Of a DNA stretch of 64,000 nucleotides, positions 1 through 9,590 are shown in pieces; the first letter of the stretch is position 1; each line of letters starts with the position of its first letter. The notes under the pieces were generated by a model. The model had not been told where the DNA came from, did not search any database, and saw only the letters and a program-made list of their open reading frames with translations. The DNA comes from Thermoproteota archaeon. GTDB taxonomy: Archaea > Korarchaeota > Korarchaeia > Korarchaeales > Korarchaeaceae. The stretch is taken from the NCBI GenBank assembly GCA_027491395.1, contig JAOZFI010000041.1, positions 32,001 through 96,000 on the forward strand, written 5' to 3'. Both the position numbers and the translations under genes were made by a program.

Positions 1-123
1 TCCATCCATATCTATTACCACGTCATTCTCGGCCCGATCAACGACCACGGGCTCCAACCTCTCAACGATAGAGGTGACGAGGTACTCCTCAGCCATACGA
101 ATGAGGTCTTCCCTCTCTCCCAT
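1..123 (-). CDS. Class-III PLP aminotransferase, N-terminal fragment (runs off the window)
   Basis: Manual translation from ATG at 123: MGEREDLIRMAEEYLVTSIVERLEPVVVDRAENDVVIDMDG, matching the P-x-V-x-R-x-E-x-x-x-x-x-D-x-D-G start of class-III aminotransferases. Confidence 0.65.
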   Translation of the reverse strand, partial: MGEREDLIRMAEEYLVTSIVERLEPVVVDRAENDVVIDMDG

Positions 124-348
124 AGCAATACCTGATAATGGATGGGGGGTCTTCTTAATAATCGTTGGGGGTCCTCCTGACCCTTGGAGTCGAGAAAGCC
201 CCCCTAGTAAACTATTTGACGAAATAAAAACACGTAGGTTCCCCTTGGAATATCAATATATCTCAGGGATCGGGCGATAAATGTTTACATATCAGACGGC
301 AGTGCTCTGCAAAATGGAAAAATAATTTAAGAAGAAAGGGGAGAGAGC

Positions 349-1395
349 TCACAGCATCTTGATGAACTCGGAGAGGAGAGCTCCTCCCCACGCGATATCA
401 TTCAGATTAACCACTTCTACTGGACTGTGCATGCTCCTGAGGGGTATAGAGATGAGCCCAGTCCTCACACCCCCTCTGGCAACCTGAATTGCCCATGTGT
501 CCGTTCCATACCCTCTGAAATCGGGTTCAATCTGATAGGGTATTTCGGCCTCTTTCGCGGCTCTTTCAAGGGCCTCCACGACTTCCCAGTGGTAGATCGG
601 ACCCTTGCTTATGGCTGGCCCCTTGCCTGTCCTGAGAACGAACTCCGCTGGCATCATGGGTTGTTTCGCGAATGTGACATCTATGGCAACTGCTATATCC
701 GGCTTGAGCCTGTACGCCACCATTTCCGCCCCCCTGAGTCCTATCTCCTCCTGTATGGTAGCGACGAAGTGAACCTCAGCATCTATCCTATCTCGGGACT
801 TCCAAGCGAGCTTGAGGGCCTCTATCATCGTGACAACTCCAGCGGCATCGTCCAAACCGGGGGATGAGAAGTGATGGCCGAGTAAGTCCTCTGGCTCGTA
901 ATCCGGCACCCCGTAGACCCCGGGTTTGATTCCAGCCCTCTCCGCATCTTCTTTTCTATCGGCACCTATATCAATGGCCAGATCCCTGACCTCCAGCTTC
1001 TTCTCAGCCAGCTCCTTGTAGGTCCTGAAAATATGGGGTGGAAGTACGCTCACAACCCCCTTGACCTCCCCCTTGTCCGTGAGGAGCTTCACCCTCATTC
1101 CATACAGCACCTTGGCGTCCCAGCCCACACCCTCGAACTTGACGAATCCGTCTTCCGTGACTTCCCTGACTATTATCCCTATCTGATCCACGTGGGCCGC
1201 CAGCATCACCACCGGCTTCCCACCCGGATTTATGATGGCTTCAGAGTTCCCCCAAGCGTCCACCTTGAATGCATCTGAGAAGGGAGACATGAGCTTCCTG
1301 AGAACAGGTACAACATTCCTCTCGATGCCGGTCACTCTAGGGACCCTTGTCAGTCTGAGCAGACTGTCTCGGACGCCCTCGATCTCAGGCTCCAA
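349..1395 (-). CDS. M42 family metallo-aminopeptidase (TET/Frv-like)
   Basis: AAHVDQIG, LDDAAG, QEEIGLRGA, AIDVT and MHSPVE metal-binding motifs. Confidence 0.9.
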   Translation of the reverse strand: MEPEIEGVRDSLLRLTRVPRVTGIERNVVPVLRKLMSPFSDAFKVDAWGNSEAIINPGGKPVVMLAAHVDQIGIIVREVTEDGFVKFEGVGWDAKVLYGMRVKLLTDKGEVKGVVSVLPPHIFRTYKELAEKKLEVRDLAIDIGADRKEDAERAGIKPGVYGVPDYEPEDLLGHHFSSPGLDDAAGVVTMIEALKLAWKSRDRIDAEVHFVATIQEEIGLRGAEMVAYRLKPDIAVAIDVTFAKQPMMPAEFVLRTGKGPAISKGPIYHWEVVEALERAAKEAEIPYQIEPDFRGYGTDTWAIQVARGGVRTGLISIPLRSMHSPVEVVNLNDIAWGGALLSEFIKML

Positions 1396-1413
1396 GTTAC
1401 CACCGAATTAATG

Positions 1414-1430
1414 GAAAGGTCCTTATAAAA
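1414..1430 (+). promoter_or_regulatory. Putative BRE/TATA promoter of eno
   Basis: GAAAGG..CTTATAAAA about 30 nt upstream of the eno ATG. Confidence 0.45.
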
Positions 1431-1454
1431 GAAAAAGGGGATGATCCGATCACC

Positions 1455-2723
1455 ATGTCCCTCAGGATAAAGGATATCAGGGCTAGACAGATCTTGGACT
1501 CCAGAGGGAATCCCACGGTCGAGGTATCAGTGTTACTGGATGGAGGTGCCTCAGGTAGGTTCTCGGTACCGAGCGGCGCCTCGAAGGGAGAGAAGGAAGC
1601 TCTCGAATTGAGAGACGGTGGAAAATGGCTGCACGGGAAGGGGGTTCTCAGGGCAATCAGGAACGTCAACGAGGTGATAAGGCCCGCCCTGATAGGGGTC
1701 GAGGCCACCTCTCAGCTGTACATCGACAGGATCATGCTGGAGCTGGATGGCACTCCCAACAAGAGCAGGTTGGGGGCCAACGCCATACTGGGTGTCTCCG
1801 TGGGTGTCGCGAAGGCTGCGGCAGCAGGGCTTGGAATTCCACTGTATCGCTACTTGGGTGGAATAAGCTCTAGGACGCTTCCAATCCCCTTCATGAACGT
1901 GTTGAACGGAGGGGTACACGCTGGCAATGATCTGGCCATCCAGGAGTTTATGATAGTGCCCGTCCGATTCGAAAGCTTCAGGGATGCCCTCTTCGCAGGG
2001 GTAGAGGTTTACATGGAGCTCAAGAGGCAGCTCCTTAGGAAGTACGGGAGGATAGCTGTGAACGTCGGTGATGAGGGAGGCTTCGCACCTCCTATGTCCA
2101 AGACTGAGGAGGCTCTAGATTCACTAACTGGAGCTATAGAGGAGATGGGCTATGCGGGGAAAGTGATGCTGGCCCTAGATTGCGCGGCCAACGAGTTTTA
2201 CTCCGATGGCAAGTACAGGATAGACGGTAGGGAGCTATCCCCACCGGAACTCATGGACTTCTACATAAATCTCGTAGATAAATACCCAATAATCAGTATA
2301 GAGGATCCCTTTATGGATGAGGATTGGGAATCCCTGTCGGAACTCACCAAGAGGATAGGGGGTAGGATACAGATAGTCGGGGACGATTACTTCGCCACCA
2401 ACCCCGTGTTCCTGCGCAAGGGGATAGAGGCCGGGGCGGCCAACGCCCTCCTGCTGAAGGTCAACCAGATAGGAACCCTGAGCGAGGCGCTGGAGGCAGC
2501 TAACCACGCCTTCAGTCACGGATACTCCGTCATGGTCAGCCATCGCTCCGGGGAGACGACCGATACCTTCATAGCTGACTTGGCTGTGGCCCTGAATTCC
2601 GGTCAGATAAAAACGGGAGCTCCGGCTAGGGGGGAGAGGGTGGCTAAATACAACAGGCTTCTAGAAATAGAGGAAGAGCTAGGACCTATTGCCCTCTTTC
2701 CAGGCCCTCGGCCAGTAGCCTGA
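1455..2723 (+). CDS. eno: Enolase
   Basis: ILDSRGNPTVE, PSGAS, GDEGGFAP, LLLKVNQIG, SHRSGET, GQIKTG. Confidence 0.98.
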   Translation: MSLRIKDIRARQILDSRGNPTVEVSVLLDGGASGRFSVPSGASKGEKEALELRDGGKWLHGKGVLRAIRNVNEVIRPALIGVEATSQLYIDRIMLELDGTPNKSRLGANAILGVSVGVAKAAAAGLGIPLYRYLGGISSRTLPIPFMNVLNGGVHAGNDLAIQEFMIVPVRFESFRDALFAGVEVYMELKRQLLRKYGRIAVNVGDEGGFAPPMSKTEEALDSLTGAIEEMGYAGKVMLALDCAANEFYSDGKYRIDGRELSPPELMDFYINLVDKYPIISIEDPFMDEDWESLSELTKRIGGRIQIVGDDYFATNPVFLRKGIEAGAANALLLKVNQIGTLSEALEAANHAFSHGYSVMVSHRSGETTDTFIADLAVALNSGQIKTGAPARGERVAKYNRLLEIEEELGPIALFPGPRPVA

Positions 2724-4146
2724 CGAAAAACTCCTCCTTCTTTAGTTCCTTCCAGATCTCATTCAGGGCCCACTGACCGAGGGAAGCTAGCTCCCTCTCT
2801 GTGAGGACCCTGATCTTCGCTCTTCCCCTAAGTATGGATGGTAACCTCTGCCCCCTGAATATATCGCTCGCGAGGAGCGTGGCCTCCCTGTACTTCCTCC
2901 GCCTGAATACGTACCACCTGTCCTCCCTAATGAAGGGGCCTCCCAGCGTCACCTCGCTTCCCACGTATTTGAGCAGGAAGTTGTCCTCATCTCTCATGCC
3001 GACCGGTGGGCCCTCACGCCTCTCCAGCGTGGGGAGGAGCAGGTATGGTATTTCGGCGGCCACCACTATCGTGGAGGACTCGTCAGTCCATCCGGAGGAC
3101 CACATCGGGTCGAAACCGTGCTTCCTCAACTCGTCCCCCAGAATTCTCCCCAGCTTCTTGGCCTGAGACCAGAGTAGCTCCCTGCTCAACTGGTCCGGCT
3201 CATCTAACTTGAAGAGCTCAACTAATACCAAATGGGTCCCTCTCCTCTTCAGCTCCTCCTCTATCACGCTGCTCCTGACCCTAACCTTAAGAGGTCTGAG
3301 GGCCCTCTCGAAGAACTCGATAGACGGGTTGATCAGGAAGGCCCGGGCTGCAATCCTGAATCGATTGAACTGAGTAAGAGTGAGGGCGGCAGCCACGTTC
3401 CTCCTCGGATCCACAGGATCTATGACCACCAGCGGATCCTTCGGAAAGAGGACGGACGCGTACTCCTCACCTAGGTGATCCTCAGGGTCTATGCAGATGG
3501 GAGGCTGCCAGTCCTTGGCCGCCCTCAGCACCTCGAGGAAACTACCGTAATGGATCACTAGGACCTCGCATAGGTACCCGCTGAACCCTCCGACCTTTTC
3601 TTCAGCACCGTAAGCCTCTATCGATTTGAGAAAGGCTTTCAGAAGCCTCACTTCAGTTGGAGAGCGAAGTTTAGACTTCACGTAGGAGTTGTGCAGTGGG
3701 GTCCTGTCTACCGAGCTAGCTATTCTCTCCCCCTTCCTTATCCTGTAAGCTGGAACGAGATCTATATCGAATTCCCCCAGCTTGACCATGACGTAGGGAT
3801 GCTCAGCGTAGTTCTGAATGTAATCACCGAAGGCCTTGGCCGCGATCTCCCTTATCAGCTCACCTAGAACATCCTTCCCCCCGACCCCCATGGGAAAGAG
3901 GACGAATATATCCAACTCATAGTTGCCCGGTAGCCAAGTGTCCCTCACTGCGGACCCTACCGGCACTACATCCGCATCGAATCCCAGCTCGTCGACCGCC
4001 CTCCTTACTCTACTCAATGCCTCCTCCAAGACACTCTGGAGCTTCCTTCTCTCTTCATCCGAGGGCGTGACGAGCCTCTTAGCCTGTTCCAGCACCACCT
4101 CTAAGTCACTCGATGGTCGCGTGCCTCTTGGCAAGATCCTCCTCAC
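2686..4146 (-). CDS. cca: Archaeal class I CCA-adding enzyme (true start may be ~4098)
   Basis: VGS..DTWL..ELDIF nucleotidyltransferase motif, YAEHPY, VDRTPLH, GFSGYLCE, DPVDPRRNVAAA. Confidence 0.93.
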   Translation of the reverse strand: MRRILPRGTRPSSDLEVVLEQAKRLVTPSDEERRKLQSVLEEALSRVRRAVDELGFDADVVPVGSAVRDTWLPGNYELDIFVLFPMGVGGKDVLGELIREIAAKAFGDYIQNYAEHPYVMVKLGEFDIDLVPAYRIRKGERIASSVDRTPLHNSYVKSKLRSPTEVRLLKAFLKSIEAYGAEEKVGGFSGYLCEVLVIHYGSFLEVLRAAKDWQPPICIDPEDHLGEEYASVLFPKDPLVVIDPVDPRRNVAAALTLTQFNRFRIAARAFLINPSIEFFERALRPLKVRVRSSVIEEELKRRGTHLVLVELFKLDEPDQLSRELLWSQAKKLGRILGDELRKHGFDPMWSSGWTDESSTIVVAAEIPYLLLPTLERREGPPVGMRDEDNFLLKYVGSEVTLGGPFIREDRWYVFRRRKYREATLLASDIFRGQRLPSILRGRAKIRVLTERELASLGQWALNEIWKELKKEEFFVRLLAEGLERGQ

Positions 4147-4675
4147 TCTTCCCTAGGAGCTCCACGAGCTCCGCAATGAGGGCGTCAAAGTAGATCATGG
4201 TACTCAGCTCGAACAGCGTGCCTAGAGGAGTCAAGGGCTCGTGTATTCCGAGTATCTGCCTAGTGAAGTAGTCCCTGCTGTTGTTCTTAGGGAGCACCCT
4301 CCCCCCGATCCTCACGACCAGATCCGCTATCTTACCGAGGCTCGACTCAGGATAGCTGGTGACGGCCACCACGTGAGCTCCAACCTTTTTAGCCACCTGC
4401 GCTGCTGAGAGAGGATATTTGGTCTCGCCAGAACCGCTCACTACCACCACTAAGTCCCCAGGAGCTACTGAGGGAGTGACCGTCTCGCCTATGACGTAGA
4501 CTTGGAAGCCAACATGCATGAGCCTCATGGCAAATGCCTTCGCTACTAGACCGGATCTACCAGCCCCGACCACGAAGATCTTCCCCTCTCCGAGCGTCCT
4601 CAGAAGGGCCTTTATGAACTTCTGAGTGGATTCCTCGTCGACATCGGACAGGTTCTCACCTATGACATCGAGCAA
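4106..4675 (-). CDS. hxlB: 6-phospho-3-hexuloisomerase (SIS domain); N-terminus may extend upstream
   Basis: GAGRSGLVAKAFAMRLMH, SGSGET, PLGTLFE, C-terminal RHATIE. Confidence 0.92.
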   Translation of the reverse strand: MLDVIGENLSDVDEESTQKFIKALLRTLGEGKIFVVGAGRSGLVAKAFAMRLMHVGFQVYVIGETVTPSVAPGDLVVVVSGSGETKYPLSAAQVAKKVGAHVVAVTSYPESSLGKIADLVVRIGGRVLPKNNSRDYFTRQILGIHEPLTPLGTLFELSTMIYFDALIAELVELLGKSEEDLAKRHATIE

Positions 4676-4800
4676 CCTACTAATAGTTTCCCCGATGGGC
4701 GTGGCGTCATCCCCTCGGATGCGCCCTCCGCTTTATTTAACAAATTAACTGAAGCGCACATGGTTTTATTTGAGGGATCCGTGACAAGTCTGGATAACTA

Positions 4801-5460
4801 ATGGGAGCCAGTACAGAGGATAACAGCGAGAAACGTCCACCTCCAATCGTAGAGAGGATAATAGAGCAATTTGAGGAGCTAGCCGACACAGTACGAGTAA
4901 TATCTAGGATAAGCGGGATGAGCGAGGTTGCTAGGAGGTATGCGGTCACCAATTCGTTCGACAGCCTCCTTACCATGCTGGGCGTCCTGATGGGGAGCTT
5001 CATATCGGGTCTGAAGGAGCCCTCTGTTATCATCAACACGGTGCTGGGCGGCGCGGTGGCCATACTCATATCCGGTACGATGGGCACGTATCTGACAGAG
5101 AGGGCGGAGAGGGCCTCTAGGATAAAGGAGCTAGAGGTGGCAGTTCTCATGGATCTGGACGAGACCCTCGTGGGAAAGGCCGAGAGCATATCGGCGGTGA
5201 TGGTAGCGGCAGCCAGCGGCCTGGCTCCCTTCTTGGTCATGATGTCCCTGACCGTTCCCTTCTACCTGTCCATTAGCGGCATGCTCTCCGTCATGGAGGC
5301 CTATGTGGTATCCTTCATCGAGGTCCTGACAATCCTCTTCACGCTGGGGGTATTCCTCGGCTCCCTATCGGGTGAGAACAGGCTGGTCTACGGGGCTATG
5401 CTTGTGGGGATGGGCCTCCTGATAGTGATGGTGATGCTTTGGCTGGGGATAAGTGGATAG
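4801..5460 (+). CDS. VIT1/CCC1-related membrane protein (TIGR00267-like)
   Basis: ARRYAVTNSFDSLLTMLG, GTYLTERAER, about 5 hydrophobic segments. Confidence 0.75.
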   Translation: MGASTEDNSEKRPPPIVERIIEQFEELADTVRVISRISGMSEVARRYAVTNSFDSLLTMLGVLMGSFISGLKEPSVIINTVLGGAVAILISGTMGTYLTERAERASRIKELEVAVLMDLDETLVGKAESISAVMVAAASGLAPFLVMMSLTVPFYLSISGMLSVMEAYVVSFIEVLTILFTLGVFLGSLSGENRLVYGAMLVGMGLLIVMVMLWLGISG

Positions 5461-6197
5461 CCCTGAGGGTCGCCTACATAGGGTGGGACTACTATGGAGC
5501 GGTCAGGCAGCCAGATCTCCCCACCATAGAGGAATCACTCGCTGAGGCATTGTCCGATCAGGGAATTGAGGCCAAGTTGAAATTCACCTCTAGAACGGAT
5601 AGGGGCGTATCGGCTCTGGATAATGTAGTCACCTACAGAGGGGCGCTCCCGAACATCTCTCGACTGAATGCTGATCTCCCGAAGGACATCGCAGTCTGGG
5701 GGCTCATTGAATCGGATAGCAGGGTGAAGGCGATCGAAAAGACCTATCTATACGTGGTCCCTATGGAACTTGACATCGAAAGGTTGCTCGAGAGATTGAG
5801 AGAGACCTCGCTCTCACCGGATCTCTGCAAGGAGGGAGAGGCGCCGAGACCGAGCTGTGATGCGAGGACTTATCGAGGTTTCACGCTGGTGCTCGTAACC
5901 GGGAGGTCGTTCTGCTGGCAAATGGTCAGGAGGCTTGTGGGAGGAGCCGTTGGTCCCATGATAGGCAAGAGGATGGATGTAGCTCCAGCTGAGGGGCTCA
6001 CGCTCCTCAGGACCAAGTTGGACAGACGGTGGGATGAACGGTGGGATGAGCTTCACACCCATAAACTCCAATTCATCCTGAAAGAGCTGGAAAAGAGAAT
6101 GTGGAGGTGGGGAACGGGTCTGTTCCTGCTGGATGTGATCGGAGGGGTTATCTCTTCAGGGCGACTACCGTCTTGGTCTCGGGGACGTACCACCTGA
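5439..6197 (+). CDS. truA: tRNA pseudouridine(38-40) synthase
   Basis: ALRVAYIG, QPDLPTIE, catalytic SRTDRGVSA, SFCWQMVRR, APAEGL. Confidence 0.88.
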   Translation: MAGDKWIALRVAYIGWDYYGAVRQPDLPTIEESLAEALSDQGIEAKLKFTSRTDRGVSALDNVVTYRGALPNISRLNADLPKDIAVWGLIESDSRVKAIEKTYLYVVPMELDIERLLERLRETSLSPDLCKEGEAPRPSCDARTYRGFTLVLVTGRSFCWQMVRRLVGGAVGPMIGKRMDVAPAEGLTLLRTKLDRRWDERWDELHTHKLQFILKELEKRMWRWGTGLFLLDVIGGVISSGRLPSWSRGRTT

Positions 6198-6426
6198 CCT
6201 TATCCCTGAACCACTTCCAGAACTTGGTGAATGCATCCATGCTCTCCGTCTCAACCTGTATGACCCCGTTGTACTCCGTTCCCCAAGCGTGATCGTAAAC
6301 ACCGATCAACCTGATCTCTGGAGGCCACTCCTCCATTATATCCTCCCACTGCCTCCTCGCTTTCTCCTCCTCTTCCTCGGTTAGCTCCCTAAGTTTGTAG
6401 AAGATCAGTAGCACGTAAGTTGGCAT
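6148..6426 (-). CDS. Small hypothetical protein, probable dimeric alpha+beta barrel fold
   Basis: 92 aa with typical codon usage and GGTGA SD upstream of the ATG; the fold guess is weak. Confidence 0.6.
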   Translation of the reverse strand: MPTYVLLIFYKLRELTEEEEEKARRQWEDIMEEWPPEIRLIGVYDHAWGTEYNGVIQVETESMDAFTKFWKWFRDKVRWYVPETKTVVALKR

Positions 6427-6438
6427 GAACTATCACCT

Positions 6439-8001
6439 CTAGAAGGGATTGTGGAACTTATATAAACTTCCTGACATGCCTAGCCGACGCTTCTGGGGGA
6501 GCCAGCACTTATGCATGCATCCGGTGCACGAGATATCGCATCCCGGTGTGGGTAAACCCTCCATGGCCCTCCTCAGCTCTTCAGATAGGAAGTCCCTACT
6601 CACCCCCGTGTCAACGTACTCCCACCAGGGTGCGTCCCTCTCCCCGTAGACTATGGAATCCAGATCTATTCCCATATTATTGGCTAGGGAGCGATAAGCT
6701 CCTCTATTGTAGGGAATTCTAGCCCCTCTCTTGAGGAGTTTCGCTATCTCCAAGCCTCCCACCGACATGAAAGTCTGAATGTACGCCCTGCCGTAGTGCA
6801 TGACGTTGACCTGTCCCCGGAAACTCCTCCTGAATATTGAGATCCTCCTCCTGATGTCCTCCTCGCGGGCGAGCGGGACCGTCTCGAAAGGCGTCCCGGC
6901 CTTGGGAATGAAGATGCTCACCGTGACCTTCGTGTTTACGAACTTCCCTACCCTGCTCGCCAGTCGACCCGATTCCTCCACATCCCGATCGGTCTCGGAG
7001 GGAAGGCCCACCATGAAGTAGAGCTTGAGATGTCTCATGCCTGAATCCTCGGCCTCTTCTGCCACCCTCACGAACTCCTCATTATCTATCGTCTTGTTCA
7101 CCACGGCCTTCATTCTCTCACTACCGGTCTCAGGGGCTAGTGTGAGCATGCTCTCGCCAACGCTCACCGCCAACTCTATGAGCTCTCTATCCACTTGATC
7201 AGCCCTGAGGGAGGGCAATGTGACGCGAAGTCCTTTTTCAGAGGCCCACTGAAGCAGATCCTTTATTAACTTTGAAGATGCAGCGTCACTACCTATGACG
7301 TATATTCCCTTGAATCCCAGCTCATGGGCCCTCTCGACGGCTACCTCCAAGTCCTTAGGATCCGGATCCAGCCGGGGTCTCCAGTGCCAGCCCAGCATGC
7401 AGAACCTACAACCCCACCCGCACCCCCTAGATATCTCCACCAGATAGCTGTTTACCGGTTCGTTCCCACGGAAGACTATTATCTGGTTTTCAAGGGGCTT
7501 CAAACTCCTTACTCTCTTGAATTCAGCTCTGTTCATGATACTTGGAAGGAAGAATCCATCGCCAGCCAATTCCTCAATAGAGCCCCCCGCCAACGAGTTC
7601 TCTACCAGCGAAGGGATGAGGACCTCCCCATCTCCCACACCGACCGCATCAACCAAGGAACTTATCGGCAGAGGGTTCGCTGAAACGGCTGGTCCGCCGA
7701 CCACAACTGGCTTGCGCGCTCCATCTAACATCCTGTACAGCACGGGATACTGACCCTCGAAGTGGATTGTAGCTAGTATTAGGTCGAACTCGTCGAGCGA
7801 TCTCCCGCTCTCCACCGATCCCTTCAGGTCGGTCACGAACCTCTCGGCCATGACATCATCGAAAGAGTTCAGGAGGAAGTAGAGTATCTGATGCCCCAAC
7901 GAGTTTATAGCCGCAAGGTAGGGCGCGGGGTAGACTAAAGCGATCTTCAGCCGATAATCCCGTGGATCCCTATCGTAGAATCCGCCTTCTTCCCTCAGCA
8001 A
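6439..8001 (-). CDS. B12-binding-like/radical SAM protein
   Basis: N-terminal ALVYP..GGP domain; EISRGCGWGCRFC (CX3CX2C), LAPETGS, YFMVGLP; C-terminal Cys cluster CDISCTGC. Confidence 0.85.
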   Translation of the reverse strand: MLREEGGFYDRDPRDYRLKIALVYPAPYLAAINSLGHQILYFLLNSFDDVMAERFVTDLKGSVESGRSLDEFDLILATIHFEGQYPVLYRMLDGARKPVVVGGPAVSANPLPISSLVDAVGVGDGEVLIPSLVENSLAGGSIEELAGDGFFLPSIMNRAEFKRVRSLKPLENQIIVFRGNEPVNSYLVEISRGCGWGCRFCMLGWHWRPRLDPDPKDLEVAVERAHELGFKGIYVIGSDAASSKLIKDLLQWASEKGLRVTLPSLRADQVDRELIELAVSVGESMLTLAPETGSERMKAVVNKTIDNEEFVRVAEEAEDSGMRHLKLYFMVGLPSETDRDVEESGRLASRVGKFVNTKVTVSIFIPKAGTPFETVPLAREEDIRRRISIFRRSFRGQVNVMHYGRAYIQTFMSVGGLEIAKLLKRGARIPYNRGAYRSLANNMGIDLDSIVYGERDAPWWEYVDTGVSRDFLSEELRRAMEGLPTPGCDISCTGCMHKCWLPQKRRLGMSGSLYKFHNPF

Positions 8002-8017
8002 ATGGGATCTCCCCTAG

Positions 8018-8090
8018 TGGGCCGGGGGGGACTCGAACCCCCGACCTCCGCCTCGTAAGGGCGGCGTCATAGCCGCTAGACCACCGGCCC
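8018..8090 (-). tRNA. tRNA-Val(UAC)
   Basis: GGGCCGG acceptor stem, anticodon arm CCGCC-CT TAC GA-GGCGG, GTTCGAG T-loop. Confidence 0.95.
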
Positions 8091-8098
8091 TGTGAAAG

Positions 8099-8201
8099 TG
8101 GCGCCGGGGGAGGGATTCGAACCCTCGCGGCCCAATGGGCCACTGGCTTTCCGCAGGAGGCTTTAGCAGGCCAGCCCCCTACCAGGCTAGGGCACCCCGG
8201 C
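8099..8201 (-). tRNA. tRNA-Ser(GCU) with 15-nt canonical intron (8149-8163) and encoded CCA
   Basis: GCCGGGG/CCCCGGC acceptor, G73+CCA, long variable arm, CTGGC-CT GCT A-[AAGCCTCCTGCGGAA]-A-GCCAG forming a bulge-helix-bulge. Confidence 0.93.
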
Positions 8202-8231
8202 CCTCCACCGCACCTATGGCGGAGCGGATTT

Positions 8232-8996
8232 TTAAACTTCACTTGAGCGAAGGAGATCCTCAACCCTCGCAGGAGAGAGGGTGGAAAGCACGGCTCCAGG
8301 GAGATGAGGGCCCAGCCTCGGGATCAGTCCCTTCGCTTGAGTCCCAAGCTTACACACGAGAGCGTGGGACAGGAAAGAGGTCCTTACAACGCTCACATCC
8401 CTCTTATGACCCGTCCTCGTGAGGGCCCTCCTGACCTGCTTCGGAGTCGCTCTAACGATGAAGAGGACATCCCGACCCCTGTTCATCCATCCCCTCACCA
8501 TCGCAACCTGTTTGGGTGACAGGGACACGTACACGCCGCTTTCATCCTTTCGGAGGACCCTCAACTCCAAGGCTAGGTCGTCAACGAAACCGTAGGCTCT
8601 GGCTATCTTCCTAGCGGGTAACCTCATTCCCTTAGCCAGCTGGTTTCTCATCTCGAAGAGCGGATAGAGAGCATCCTTTTCCTCCTTGAATGCCTTGAAA
8701 TAGACCCCGAAACCCACCTTACCGACATCTGTGAGGAAGCCCTTGAACGTGTCCCCGATCTTCACCTCGTGTATGCTGGGCAGCTTGCCGTAAGTCTTGA
8801 TTATCAGATTCTCCGCTATTCCCTCATCCGGACCTGACACAGAGACCTTCACCCACCCCCCTTCAGTGTCTAGATCCAGCTCTGGTACCTCCAAACCCTT
8901 CATGTAACCCAGCATCTCCCAACCGAGCTCCTCGAGGATGTCTTCCTTCGGAAGGCCCTTAGATATCCTCTCTTGGATGAGTAGGGTGCGCGTCAA
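8232..8996 (-). CDS. DUF2110 family protein
   Basis: GPDEGIAENL, GFLTDVGKVGFG, overlapping position directly behind tfe. Confidence 0.75.
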   Translation of the reverse strand: MTRTLLIQERISKGLPKEDILEELGWEMLGYMKGLEVPELDLDTEGGWVKVSVSGPDEGIAENLIIKTYGKLPSIHEVKIGDTFKGFLTDVGKVGFGVYFKAFKEEKDALYPLFEMRNQLAKGMRLPARKIARAYGFVDDLALELRVLRKDESGVYVSLSPKQVAMVRGWMNRGRDVLFIVRATPKQVRRALTRTGHKRDVSVVRTSFLSHALVCKLGTQAKGLIPRLGPHLPGAVLSTLSPARVEDLLRSSEV

Positions 8997-9550
8997 CTTG
9001 CCTCTCCTTCCAGCGACTCCAGCGCTCTATTAAGAACATCGAGCATTCTCTCTATCTCTTCCAGTATCTTCTCCCTGTCCACCGGTTCCAACATAGCGCC
9101 GCACACCGGACAAACGAGGCCAGATTCGTCCATTCGCGATATCACCTCATCGAAGCTCAGCCTTATGTGGGTGGGGTCGGCGGCGCATACGTAGTACTCC
9201 CCGGAGGACTCCTCCTCCTTCCTCGTGATGAGCATCTCCCTCACCTCCTTGAACCTCCTCAGGAGGAAGGATTTGGCTAAGTCGCTGTTTATCCTCCAGT
9301 AAGTGAGCCTGTTCCCCACCTCGTCCTCCTTTGTACCCAACTGCACGACCAAGTTGGAGTCCTGCATCCTATAGAGGAGCTGCCGCAGCTCTGTCGGTGG
9401 CAGTTTCAGTTTCTCCTGCATCTCTCCCTCCTCCAGAACACCGTCCTTGGCAAAATTGACCATCTTCCTAGCGAGGCTCAAGTCCCTAGCGACAACGGCG
9501 AGCGCTAGAACTATCAAGTCCTCTTCACTCATGTTTTTGGTCTCCCTCAT
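8993..9550 (-). CDS. tfe: Transcription factor E (TFE alpha)
   Basis: N-terminal winged helix (ELRQLLYRM..YWRIN) plus Zn ribbon C..H / CPVCG. Confidence 0.85.
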   Translation of the reverse strand: MRETKNMSEEDLIVLALAVVARDLSLARKMVNFAKDGVLEEGEMQEKLKLPPTELRQLLYRMQDSNLVVQLGTKEDEVGNRLTYWRINSDLAKSFLLRRFKEVREMLITRKEEESSGEYYVCAADPTHIRLSFDEVISRMDESGLVCPVCGAMLEPVDREKILEEIERMLDVLNRALESLEGEAS

Positions 9551-9590
9551 CTAGTAAAGTTTATTACCGGCCTTATCGATCTAACCAATG

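Noticed and set aside
7970-8422. ORFs 7970-8263 and 8135-8422
   Set aside because: They overlap tRNA-Val, tRNA-Ser and DUF2110; shadow frames.
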